NCBI GenBank assembly: GCA_021613535.1
Contig: CP075493.1
Span: forward strand, 12,648,001-12,712,000
Direction: 5' to 3'
From: Adineta vaga
Taxonomy: Eukaryota; Animalia; Rotifera
DNA length: 64,000 nt
Positions within the stretch are counted from its first letter, which is position 1. Every line of letters starts with the position of its first letter. The translations under genes were made by a program, and so were the position numbers. The notes below the pieces were generated by a model that had not been told where the DNA came from, ran no database searches, and saw nothing but the letters and a program-made list of their open reading frames with translations. Below, one piece after another: positions 37,408 to 50,529 of the stretch.

Positions 37408-40400
37408 TTAAGGTTGTCGTATGATGTATACCGTATAATCTCGTGCTTCACCATGACCACCATTGTGACAAGGCTTACGATTGTATGAATCTCTAGATAA
37501 CATCACACGCATTATATGAGGTTCATCGATCATATTGTATCTATTAATCACAGGAATATCAATATTCAAATCATAAATACCATTGATATAGCCGGTATTA
37601 CGATGCTCGTCAGTCAATAATCGTTCTCTAGTTTCATCGAATTGACCGTCATTGTCTAGATCCATCCACACATCAAGATAATGCGGTATATTGCAATTCG
37701 TAGTCACCGATGATCGATCTATTCTATCAGAATTTGTGTAACTCCATGGTTCCACACAATATAATTCAATTTTAAGCATATACATTTTGTTTTCGAATAA
37801 TTTCACACTTAGACGACTTTGATCATGATAATTATCGGTCGCACTACATCGTGTCATTTCATCGTGAAGCAATGTGTTTTGTTCGCCCAATAATTTCATC
37901 GATAAAATGGCATTACTACCCGCTGAACACATCAGATTGCCAGGCAAACAAAGTGTTGATTCAGTCGCAGCTAAAACAAAGAGGCAACTAGTAGTGAATA
38001 TTAACGACCTAAAGATATAACAAACCTGCTACGAGATGAACTATGAAATCTGGTTCTGAATTTGGTTCTGGTTCATTGACATAACCAGCATCTAAATATA
38101 GAATTATATGAATATATAGTAATCAGTTAGTATATAAAGATCTTACCTGGACATCTTTTCCTTGGAATAATATTAACGTTATATTCTCGTATTTCACTAT
38201 AATCTGTTTTACCACATTCTCTTTGATAAGCATCACTTCGTATCAATCGAATACGCATGAGATGTAACCCTACTTTGACATTTATACCATCAATTGCAGG
38301 TATAGAAACTTGCAAATCATATCCATGTTCAAATGTTTCACTATCGATTCGTGATCGACGATGAATTCGATTTTCAAATGTATCAAATTTCCCATCACCA
38401 TTTAAGTCAATCCATACGTCTGGGTGGTAGACAAGAGCACAATCGTTATCAAGAACATCTTGATTATATTGTTGAGGACAGTCCAGTTGAATTCTTATTA
38501 TATAGACCGTATATCCATACCATGTAACACTAAGATGATGTCGATTTTGATATGCACTGACAAGCATACCACTTGGTGTTTCGTCTCTAATTTGTGTTGC
38601 TTGTTCTCCACCAATATGAACAAACGTAATTTTTGCAGGATTGGAAGTACATGTAAATGTTTTTGTTGGAATAGTCAAAACGGGACAAGCCACTAGAAAC
38701 ATTAGTTAATCGATATAGAACTGTATTGAAACGAAATTTTCTTACCTCCACACATTGCTTTTGGAAGGATGTTGACCATGTATTCTCGTACTTCGCTGTA
38801 ACCACTATTTTCACAATCTCTTTCATAATCACCATTTAGTGTAAGACGAACGCGCATACGATGTTGTCCATTTCTTGTATTAATATTGTCAATCGATGGT
38901 ATACACACTTCTAAATTGTATTCACCTCGTGAATTTTGATTATGACTGAGTGAGTGATGAAGAACTCGATTCTCAAATTCATCGAATACTCCATCGTCAT
39001 TGAAATCAATATGCACATCCACACTATATCTAAGATTACAGCCATCATCGTACGAATTATCCCGAGATTGTCGTCCACAATCCAATTGAAGATGTAACAT
39101 ATTCACGCTACTTTCACATAATGAAACACTGATATATTGTCGTTGTTGATAGTCATTGATTGCAGTATGTAGAGGTGTTTGATCCCGAAGTTCTGTATTT
39201 TGTTGACCAACCATTGAAATAGACATGATTTTAGCAGGATTCAAAGAACAGACTGGCTTGATTACTGCAAGCGGTGGAATTGTTGTAGTCACTACTAGCA
39301 AAGTATAAATAGAGATTAAGATATTATCCATGTTTATTGAAATTTTACCTGGTTGTCTGATAACTTGGACAATGTTGAGGGTATATTTACGTGTCTGGCT
39401 ATAATCAGAGAAACCACATCTTCTATTATAATAGTCACTTGGTCTCAATTGAAGTTGCATTTCATGTAATCCACTGATCATATTTCGATCATCGACCGGA
39501 GGTATCGAAATTCTCAAACTAGATGTACCTCGTGACATTTCATTATTAGTAGATGATTGGTAATAAATTCTATTTTCTGTTTCACTAAATCTTCCATCAT
39601 TATTTAGATCAATCCAACCATCTATATGATAAGCAAGACCACAATCATATCCAAGTGAAGTACTACTCGTTTGTTGAGGACAGTTTAGTTGAATACGTAT
39701 ATCGTTTACAGTATCTTCATAAAATGTCATGGTACGATCTTGTCGATTATTGTAGTCATTGATCATTGCATTTATCGGTATCTCGTCACGAATCTCCATT
39801 CCTTGTCTATCATCCGTTAGAATAAGTATCAGATGACTAGGAATCAATAAGCAGAATGAATCAACCGATACTCTGGTTGTAGTTAAAGGACTGACTATAA
39901 ATACAAATTATATTTCATCATTAAACATAGTTTGTTCAGATCGTCGATAGCACGAAATTAAGAACTTACTTGGCTCAGTAACCGGTACGAACATCATTGG
40001 TTTTTTTGTTGTTTTCGGCTTTCTTCTTGCTGCTTTTCGACTTACAGTAATCGTCGTTGTCGATGTTGTTGTTGTTGTTCTTGTTGTTGTTCTTGTTGTT
40101 CTTGCTGTTGTTCTAATTGGTTTTTCTATTACGGGTGTAGTAATTGGTTTTTCTATGAACAGCTCTTCTGCTTCTGTATAAATATTGAAAAAACAGATTG
40201 TGATGTTTTAATAGTATTTTCTTACTTTTCAATTCTTTAAGAGCACATAGCTTCATACTAATATTTGAGAATCGATCATCAACAAACTGAATTATCATAG
40301 GAAAATAGACAATTCGATCGATTTTGTTTTTAAAATTTTCCACGAATTTGTTCACACATATTTCGTCTGAAGAAGCACATTGATCTGTGAGTGAAGTAAC

Positions 40401-43400
40401 AAAATGCAATAGAAGAATATTTCCATACAGTGAATTTCTACAGATTTTCCTTGAAAAATAGTGAAATATGAATGAGAAAAAGAGAACAAATTATTAATAC
40501 TAACCAGCGATATCGATTTGATAGTGAAGTATTGTAAAAAAATCCATCAATAATACGTATTTTATGATCGTTCAGTTTCATATTCAACTACAAAGAGCGA
40601 TAGAAAGTTATGAAAATAAACTGTATTCAAACAAGTATTACCTGCTCAGTAAGATCATCGATATCTATTATAGTTTCTGCATAATTTCTGTCTTCCAAAA
40701 TATAACTTGTAGCAAACATTGCTTTGAGTGCTATTTCTCGTTTATCTATATATTTACAAGATAAATATGATTATGAATGTGAGATTTCAATTAACCCTTT
40801 TCTGTGATAACTGTTACGGCAGCTGTTCTTCGAATTTGTGGTAAATATTTCCATGCAACACAAATGATCAATAGCGCAAGAAGACACGCAAGTAAACAAC
40901 AAATACCGACGCAAATGAGATATAATCGACGCCTAATTTCGTTCAAAAAAGAAAAAGATATTACTGCACAATAGTATCAATATTATTATATTTACGAGCG
41001 TTTTGGTTCTAATCTTCTATTACGAGTTATTGTTTGTGTTTCGAAATCTTCCTTTGTATACGGGGGCGTTGTTATCTTGATTTCAGACTCCTAAAAATGT
41101 ATCGATGTGTGAGACACAGAGAAAGATATTACAATAATAGTTTACTGCTGATTTCTGATCCAGTTGTAAACGCTTTTCTGCCGTTGAAGATGAAATTTCA
41201 CCAGTCTGCTCGATACTTTCACCACTTGTATGTTGAATCTTTTGTCTCTCATCTGATGTGGTAGATGATTCTTTGTAACCTTCTGCTTGTGCAATTCTCT
41301 TTCGAGTATTTTGCTGATCAATACTACGGGATTGTCCGGATGTACTTTCTGTGACTACAACATCTACAGCCCTCGTACCAGCACTGTATTGGGATGATTG
41401 CTGACTGTTTGATTTGCTGCAGGCTCCACTTTTAAGAGATGTTTGTTCGTTACCAGCCTTTGCACTAAATTGAGCCGATTGTTGACCACTTGATTTACTG
41501 TAGCTTCCACTGGCTATCATCATTTCTTTGCTACCTGACTTTCCAATAGATTGAGTTGATCGATGACCACTTATTTCAGCTGATGTAGCACCTGCGATGG
41601 ACATCTGTCCACTAGTTGATTTACTGTAGCTTCCACTTGCTATCATCATTTCTTTGCTACCTGTCTTTGCAATAGATTGAGTTGATCGACGACCTCTTAT
41701 TTCACCTGATGTGGCACCTGTGATGAACATTTGTTCACCACTTGCTTGAGCAATGTGCCCAGCTGAGTGATGACCACGTGATCCAACAATTGTAGTCGCT
41801 TCCCTTGTAATTAGATTTACTAATATGGTAAAAGAAAACATTTTATTAATTCAAAAATTCGCGAAAACGATGTGTGTTATGTTTTTCTTCTCGCTGTACA
41901 TGAACATCCTACGTAAAATGACTTTCTATGGCAATGAAAATATTATGAAGACACCGTTAAGATGGATCTTCTTACAAGTATTTTGATAATATCTAATTCT
42001 CTCAAACATAGCAGAAGTATAAATATATGTCTCCAAAGAATATAGTAGTCAGTTGATTCTACAAGATATCTTTTAATTAAATCTGACATCTTTATCCATA
42101 TCAAAAGTCAAATAAATTCTGATTAAAAAAAGTATTCCTTGATTAATAAACCCGATCTTCCCTATTTTGAATAGTAGATCAAAACAATTCTTACCTGTTG
42201 ACCAAGCTGCAAAGCATGAAATGCCACCACTGATCACTTCTTGAACACCATTCATAGTAATAACTTCACCCGATGATGAGAGAATTATTAAATATGGAAT
42301 GGCTGTCACACTATATTTACTACATAGTGCATCCTTTCGAGCTCGATCTAGCAGGACAAAGAAATATCATCCTATTGTTTCATCTTTCCAACAAATTAGT
42401 TTATTACCTGCATATGGTAATGCATACCATGGCATTTCATTATAATAACTATTAAACTCATTTTCATCTCTGTCAAAAGATACAAATACAATTTCAAAGT
42501 TCTCTCTCATTTCTTGAGACATGCTGTTGTAAAGTTCGATGAGCTTCAGTGTAAATTTTTGGGAAGGAGGACACCAGTGACCACTAAAAAAGTAAGTACG
42601 ACAATGAATATAAACGAGAATGAGACTTTAAACTTACGAAAAGTAGAGACCAATATTTTTGCGTGCAAGCTGCGCGGTAGAGATATATGTGACGATCTCA
42701 GCATTGCCATAAGTATCGTGGTAAAGTAATTCATCGCCCAGTAATTCGAAATATATTGCTGATGATATTTGATTATCGTTCTTATGAGCACTGTGACGGG
42801 AATATTGATATCTGCTTGATTCACCGGATGTTCCCCGAGTCATCGCTATTTGTTGGCCACCTACAGCAGTATGATGGTGATCTACTTCATCAGCAAATCT
42901 GACTGTTGTCATCGTGATTTCACTTGCTAATGTAGAAAAATAGAAAAAAAATCTTTCGGAATATCTTCACTGAATCGAAAGTGTTGTACACCTACTGCAA
43001 GGGAGCAACTATATATCCTTTACAGTAATTGCTATACATATTTTTGATACTTTTAGATTATGATTATCATCATTTAGAGAAATCAATTTTGATAAAATCA
43101 GATCATAGGTATATTTTTGTTTGAAATTGCTAATCATATTTATCAATGATATCCTTTTATACGTAAGCATATTTTAGTATTTAACGTATCATGGTTTAAT
43201 GTTCTTATGTACTTATGTCGTACGGCGAGAACATAGTGTGATCATTTATTTACAAATATTCGATGAAGTGAAAGGAAGAATCGAATTTCGTGAATTTGTA
43301 ATGAGTGATCATATATCTCCAGAATGAAACCAAAAATAAATATTATTGTTTATCTAAGAATATTGAGTTAAATCAAAACCACAAAAGACGATAGAAATAT

Positions 43401-44347
43401 CAAGGACACAAATCACTCTACGATGTTGATACAAAATCTTACTAAGTATCTGTGCTCACATCATGGTTTAGTATTAGTATCAAATTACTTCCATAGATTG
43501 CCGATCGACATCAGAACGAAATTGCCAAACGTTCTCTTACCTGCAAACCAATTTCGAACATAATCGAAATTACCACTATACACTTCCTGAACACCATTCA
43601 CAGTGATAATTTGACCAGACGGTGAAAGAATTATCAAACATGGAATGCCTTTTACACTATATTTGCTGCTCAATACATCCTTTCGAGTTCGATCTAACAT
43701 GAAAAAGAAATATCATCCTATTGTTTCATCTTTCCAATAAACTAGTGTATTACCTGCATATGGTAATGCATACCATGGCATTTCATTATAATAACTATTA
43801 AACTCTTTTTCACTGTTATCGGATGATACAAATACAATCTTAAAATTTTGTTTCATTTCTTGAGACATATTGGTGTAAAGTTCGACCAGTTTAGGTGTGA
43901 ATTGTCGAGAAGGAGGACACCAGTGACCACTAAAAGAAAAAAATTAGTAATACTTAGAATACGATAAAAGAGTAAAACATACGAAAAGTAGAGTCCAACG
44001 ATTTTATCTTCGAGTTCAGTCGTAGCTATGTAAGTAATAGTTTTGATATTGGTATTAGCATTATGGGAGAGCAATTGATCACCTAGCAATTCTGAAAATA
44101 TAGACGTGGTTATCATGATATGTTGACCGTCCGTAATACTATCGTGATCATGCTCTTCATCGTGAGAATATTCGCTAGATGTTTCTGTTACCATCATGAA
44201 TTCATGTCCTTGTGTACCACTAATGTGATGGTCAAACTCCTGTACACTTGCATTGCCGGTTGCTGTTGTTGTCGTCCATGTTGTTACAGTGTATTGACCG
44301 TCCGTATCAAACACTTGTTGATGTAATTCTTCGTGAGGTGATGCCAT
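37408..44347 (-). CDS. ~1,700-aa type II membrane protein: 2x nucleoredoxin-like (WCPPS), Ser/Gly repeats, TM, Cys-containing domain, Thr-rich stalk, 4x GEVED-like; 18 exons
   Basis: Every junction checked by hand has GT-AG sites and keeps the frame (e.g. WFA G|CA SEITMTT; WST G|TA NLITREA; KSA|ESE; KRS|RRLYLIC; EP A|TC SPL). No in-frame stop from ATG 44347 to TAA 37408. Confidence 0.75.
41470..41745 (-). repeat. Coding tandem repeat (~41-aa unit, 2+ copies) within the large gene
   Basis: GQM.I.GATS.EI.G.RSTQSI.K.GSKEMMIASGSYSKS repeated with near-identical DNA. Confidence 0.85.
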
Positions 44348-45396
44348 TATTATCACAATCTAGATCACTAATATGAAAAAGTAGAGAACATTAATGATTC
44401 AGATAAAACAGAGGGCAAAGAAGAAAAGAGACGTTTGGTTCGTTCGAAAAATACCTTTGTATTTGTGTAGACGATAAAATATTTATAGTGTATTAAATTT
44501 GTGGTAAAAATCTCATATTTCGACGTTTTTCGTCGGAAGAAATATGATCGTTTAACAAATATCAAGAAAAAGGAATATTTTAATCGACTTCTGATATATA
44601 CGAGAGAGAGAGAGAATCAACGCATAGTGCAGACTGATTTCTATTTTCACATTTATCAACATCCATTCACCCACACTGTATCTATACGAAATGAAAGTGG
44701 TTTGGCTTTTCTCCTGCGGCCTTTTTATTCATTGATAGAGTAACGTGTGGGAACAGATGTTGTCTCATTTATTTTTACAAGATAAATATGAAAGATTCCC
44801 TGTTTATTGCATGTTAATATACAGACTCACCTGTGTTGATCCGTGAAGAAACATCGGGGGTTTTCCCTCTTTCATCAATTATAATTTTTTAAATATTTAC
44901 TTGGGAAAGAAAAATTCGTGCAAATACCAATATCTTACCTGAATGAGAGAGAAGAATGCTCTATCACAAGTGTTGTATGACTTAATTCCTAGTCATAATA
45001 GGCAAAATGAAAAACAGATATTTCGGATTGGTTAACCGTCAGAATAAAAAGATATTTTAATTATATGATGATTTTATTGATTGATTTAAGCTATACACAA
45101 CTATTTAGAATGACTTTTGTGGCGCATTTTTCTGTGAATTAAATCAAATTAAAAATAATCATGTAGTCTTTCACATATATTCTGAAGACTAAGTTTATCA
45201 TTTCTCTTAGCCATATTGCAAAGACATCAAATAAACCAATCAAAAATATACTCGAATATATGATAAGAACGTTTTCTAATTCTATATCACGATAACATGT
45301 TCTTTATGAAAGAACTCGATGGTGTGAGGGGGGAGGGGGGAGGCGGGTATATCTAATCCACGCACACCAGAATAAAGAATATAGTTTTTTTACTAG

Positions 45397-46566
45397 TTAA
45401 TTGGTTTGAATCCATTTGTTAATATTGTCAAGTGTATTTCTTGCTTCTGGATAATAAAGAAAAAATATTGGATAAATATGCATCATGTATAAACCTTCTT
45501 CAAGGGTTACATCGACACCAGCTTCTTGTGCTTTCTTGACGACTAATCTTCCTTCATCTTCTAATAACTCAGCTGTACCTACATTGATATACATTGGTGG
45601 AAAACCTTTAAATGAGCCAAAAAGAGGACTGAATATCGGACTCTTTGGTGATAGTTGCGAATGATTAGGTCCTAATACTTGTCGAATCATCCATTCGCTA
45701 TTGTCAGGACTAACCATGATATCAGTAAGACGATTTCGTTTGTAACTTTCACCAGATGCTGACAGATCAACCATAGGTGATAGAGCAATAAGACCATGAG
45801 GAATAGGTAATCCCTGTGTGATTAAAGCTTGAATTGATAGTAATGACAAACCACCACCAGCTGAATCACCCATAATGATTAATTGAGATGGTAAAATGTT
45901 TTCTCGCAATAGAGCACGATATAATGCAACTGTATCTTCGACTGCTGCTGGCATTGGATATTCAGGACAAAGACGATATTCTACGTGAAGAAAAGTTGTG
46001 TTAAAAAGATGTGATAGATGACATTCAAATCTTTCATAACCTATTTAAAAAAATTTCTAAAATTTAAGAAGGAAAATAACAAATGCATTACTGTGGATAT
46101 CCCCTAACATGTATCCTCCGCCATGAAAATAAAGTATGATTTTATCAGATTTTCTTTGAAACTTATTTTGATGATTGTTAATCCAATAGGCATCTACTGT
46201 GTGTCCATTATATTCGAAGACTTCTTTGTTTATTTTGCATGAAGATAATTTAGGAAGTATTTCACTAGCGGCGAATGCAGCGCGTTGTTCTTTGATCATA
46301 GTGAGTGGATCGGCTGTTCGATCAAATTCTGCGATAGGATTCATACGAATCAAATCTTGAAAAGCATGATAACCTGCACTCACTGGTGCTCGTGCTGGAT
46401 CTGGTAGAATCGTATGTTTTAACGATAGTATCGAATGTAAGACACGAATAGTAAGATAAGTAGGATTCGTTGAACCATAATATAGAGGAATAGCAATAGC
46501 CACAATTAAAATGAATATCACTAATTTCTTCAATAATTCGAATAAATCATTGATGAATATTGGCAT
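45397..46566 (-). CDS. HSL-family alpha/beta hydrolase (esterase/lipase) with N-terminal anchor, 2 exons
   Basis: YFHGGGY, VEYRLCPE.P.PAA.ED, GDSAGG nucleophile elbow, E and H catalytic region. Intron at ~46041-46091. Confidence 0.9.
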
Positions 46567-47100
46567 AGTTTGATTTTTCTGAAAAAGAAAAAAACATCGT
46601 GTTTTCAACATTCAAAACAATTACAGTAAATATGCTGTGTAACCTTTCCTATTACTTATGTGTTGTCAAAAATATGTTTTTCGCTTTTCTTTTACATTCG
46701 TTGACGCTTATTTGCATCGTGTCGTAGAAAAGGTGAAAAGAAGAATATGAAAGTATGAATCATACGGCGACAAATACACAGGAAGAATGTCAATATTTTC
46801 GTTTTATTTGGCGTAGATCTTTAATCGGAATGATCTTCTATCAAGGAAATATTGGCTTGCAATGAAAATATTTGCAAAATTGAATATTATTTATGATATA
46901 AAAGATTTTTTATTATGATCTTTGCGTATGTAGTGGAGGACCAATCTTTAAGTGAAACTATAGGTTCTCACTCTATTTTTTCATCCTATGAAGTGAATGC
47001 CATCCTTTATTATTCTCTCAAAAGAAAAATCGATTTATACAAAGAAAAACTCGCTGGTTTATTAAAATTTCTTGATTTAATAAGAAAGTACAATAGTCTG

Positions 47101-48486
47101 CTACACCATATTGGGTACTGAGCAATCATGTCCAGTAAAACCGGGTTTACATGTGCATAAACCGTACTGAAAGTAACCAGTAGGTACGCATCGACCATGG
47201 CATGCGTCTGTACAATCGTTCACACATCTAGTCAATGTTTGATTCCCATCAAATTTTGCCCATACTAATTCGATAAGTCTGGCCTTATCTTCAATAAACG
47301 GATCTAATGGAAAGCGCGTTTTGGTCAAAAGTTGCGTCAATCGATTTATTCGCATGCGTGTAATTACTGGATTGTTAGGCACTGTTTTAAACCATTCATT
47401 CAGTCGATTTGTTTTGGTTGTTTGATTTTGCACTGAATTGTCGAATGGCTGGCCGCCTGACGTCGACGCATATATGTGCTTAACATAAGTCATAAATTTA
47501 CTATGATTTCCCTTGCTGTGTGATTCACTTTCTTTCATTTCAAAGGATATTCCGAAAGAGATGCCTGCTTCGTTTTCGCTGTTGAAGTTTTCTTGATACA
47601 TTTTTTCGATATCAGAGCTATTGATTGTAATAATTTGTTGTGCCACTCCACCTAAAATTAATATCAGAAATGTTAACTTGCATTCAACGATCATTATCTA
47701 AATTTTAATTATTCACATCAATACATTATACATCAAACCATAACATCTGAATAACAAATACTGCTTACCAAGTATAATTTCATTGATATAGCTATATCCA
47801 AACTGTTCGAAAATAAATTTTCGAATGTATAATTCAGTTGTTTCACAGCCAATATGGCAACACGGCATAGCATCAATTGCTGCTCGAAATTCTTCAGTTA
47901 ACTCCAATTTAGGTTCGAATAGTGTAAGTTTCACGAATGAGATTTGAACATATGTGTAATACATTGTATAATTATATTTATAGATATTGTCAAGCATCCA
48001 TGACGTTTCAGTAGATGATCCAAAACTAATTGGGCCCAAGTCAAAACCCGAACTCTCACTCTTTTTATAACTTTCTTTGTACTCATAAAATGTGCTAATC
48101 TTTTCAGTTTTAGCTTTAACTTCGGAAGCCGGTATGCATATAGCCTATGTAAAAGAGAATGAATATACAAATCATTATCGATCAAAAATATTTTCTACTT
48201 CGACGTGGGCAGGTAATAGTTTTGTTGTACAGGAACCAGTAGCTCGTTTGGTATAGTTAAGTTGGAAGATTGGTGCACCGAATCCATTCATTACACAATC
48301 ACCTGAATAACATATAGGATTCCCATGTGATGGACTGTAGCCCAGTGCAAGTTTGTTACTGTTTGGTAACCAATCGGTGTCTACTTGATCTTGTTTTAGG
48401 CTCATACATGATGTGGTCCTCAATATTACCAAAGCGCACGAACACAAAAATACAGCCATGAAACTCATACTATTCAATAAGAGCAT
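47101..48486 (-). CDS. Secreted MACPF pore-forming-domain protein with C-terminal EGF-like domain (copy A), 3 exons
   Basis: Signal peptide, LGYSPSHGNP, MACPF-signature-like FGYSYINEIILG|G, GG, W..TVPNNPV, and C-terminal CHGRC...CTCKPGFTGHDCS. Confidence 0.85.
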
Positions 48487-48731
48487 TGAGTAAAATACGA
48501 TTGATTAAAATAGAATCTCTTATCGCTATTATAGTGAATAATTTGCTGAAGTATCTCATAAATCTATCGCACTCTAGATAAGAAAAATTAATGCTTCTCT
48601 AAAGTATTTGTACGTTTGTTACGAAACTTCTAGAATGTTCTGCAAATATTCTTATCAGTTGAGTATAAAAAAGTTCGTGTGACGATCTCATATGTAGTAT
48701 CTTATTTTTCTTGCAAGATAATCCAGTACGT
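48487..48731. promoter_or_regulatory. Putative bidirectional promoter of the MACPF pair
   Basis: 245-bp divergent intergenic region with GATA-type sites (CTTATC ~48518, AGATAAG ~48576, CTTATCA ~48651) and TATAAAA at ~48664. Confidence 0.5.
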
Positions 48732-50529
48732 ATGATGTGGAAATCTTTTGTAATTACGCTCACTTTCGTTGTAACCATGATGTCTGCTTATAAAATCGTA
48801 AGTGACACAGATGTTGAAGAAGCGAATCAATGGATGATATACGACAATGTTGGTCAGTATCTGGCATTGCAACCAATCACAAGAGCTGATAATATTAACT
48901 GGTTTCCCAATTCAAATAAAATTGCATTTGGCTATAATCCTGTAACTGATCAACAGAGAATGATGAACGAATTTGAATTTTATTTATTGTTGAATTTTTT
49001 TAGATAAGAGGTGATCCAGTTTGCTATACCGGTGATTGTCATATGAGTGGATACGGTCGAAGTGTCTTTCAGCTCGACTATTCAAATCCGCCAATAGGTT
49101 CTTGTACAACACAGCTGATTCCAAAACATGTCGAAGTAAGTCGTTTCAAACAGATCAATTTGCTGATGGATTTTTAAACTGAAATAGTTTTTATATTGGT
49201 CTATCTTTTCTCATATTTGTGTTCTTTTAACAGCTAGACTGTATTCCATCAACAGAAGTACGCGAGAAAACTCAGAAAATCTCTAACGTAAATGAGCTGA
49301 GAGAAAGTACTGCAAGTGGTATGAGCTGGGGTTTTGGCATCGATGTTCCTCTAACAACAAACCCAATTCTGAGTCTGGTGCTGAAAGCTTCTTTCAAATA
49401 TGGACAATCTGAACAGACAACAAAAATGATGAATCATATCTATCGAGATGCTTCGATTGTGTATCATACCTATGCTCGAGTATCTACGGTAAAACTGTCG
49501 CTATTTGCACCGAAGCTCGATTTGTCGGATAATTTTCGTTATGTTATTCATAATCTACCGACTGGTAGCTATACGCCAGCTGTAGCTAAGTACATTGCAG
49601 ACTATGTATTTAATTATTTTGGTTTCACATATACTACCGAAATGTTACTAGGTATGTCGAAAGTTTTACTTGTTGATCTATCACAGCTCAAGATTTGATT
49701 TTAGGTGGAATCGCCCAAATGATCACGGTAATAAATCAAACATCGATTCAACCAATAGAACAAGAATATCAGAGTGTTTCACATATGGCTGGATTATCGT
49801 TTGCTAAAGTTTTCAATTTTAACTATGCTGATAGTGAAAGTGAGAACTCAAGTAAATTACAAGGATTTCAAAAATATGTTAAATCGTCGATTGCAACTAC
49901 TGTTGGTAAATATTACATCTTCTAGACAGAAGACAGTCTGAACATTTCGAAAGTGATGAAGTATTCGAGTGAGACCTGCTTACTATTTCTCTCAATGTGC
50001 ATAGTCAAAGTCTCAAATAATCAGTGAGTTCTTTTTAATAAAGACTTTCGAACAGATGTCTGATAAACAAATAATTTTGACTTGTGAAGAATTAAATGAC
50101 TCAGTTTTGTCAGATAAATTGGAAAATTTTCATTAACAGAAATGATGTTTTCTTTTGTATGAAATATGCATAGGTGGTGCAATTTTTGCGGCAAACCAAA
50201 AGCTCAACGAATGGTTTCCAACAGTGAGCGAAAATCCGGTTATAATCAAGTTTACTCTTCAGCCAATTTTCGACTTAATCTCGAGTGAACGCTTTCCGAA
50301 TGACAGTCAAATTGATTTGAAAGCTGATTATATAAAACGAGCGCTTGAGGAATATCTTAATCAAACATCAGAGGTTTTTTGTGAAAATCAATGTACAAAC
50401 AACAGTCAAGGTGTTTGTCAACCATTGGACGCTTATGGATATGGATTATGCAAGTGTTTTAATGGATTTTATGGATTTGACTGTAGTAAACATTTTTCAA
50501 CGTCACCTCCTTCGCCACCAGTCCAATAA
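48732..50529 (+). CDS. Secreted MACPF + EGF-like protein (copy B), 5 exons
   Basis: Signal peptide, FGYNP|..GDPVCYTGDC, FGFTYTTEMLLG|G, VG|G, WFPTVSENPV, CKCFNGFYGFDCS. Confidence 0.85.

Noticed and set aside
40040-40110. (GTT)n microsatellite-like run
   Set aside because: It encodes the Thr-rich stalk of the large membrane protein and is not an independent repeat.
49930-50062. Inverted TTCGAAAGT/ACTTTCGAA match in the long MACPF-B intron
   Set aside because: Only ~9 bp and partly self-palindromic, so expected by chance in AT-rich DNA.
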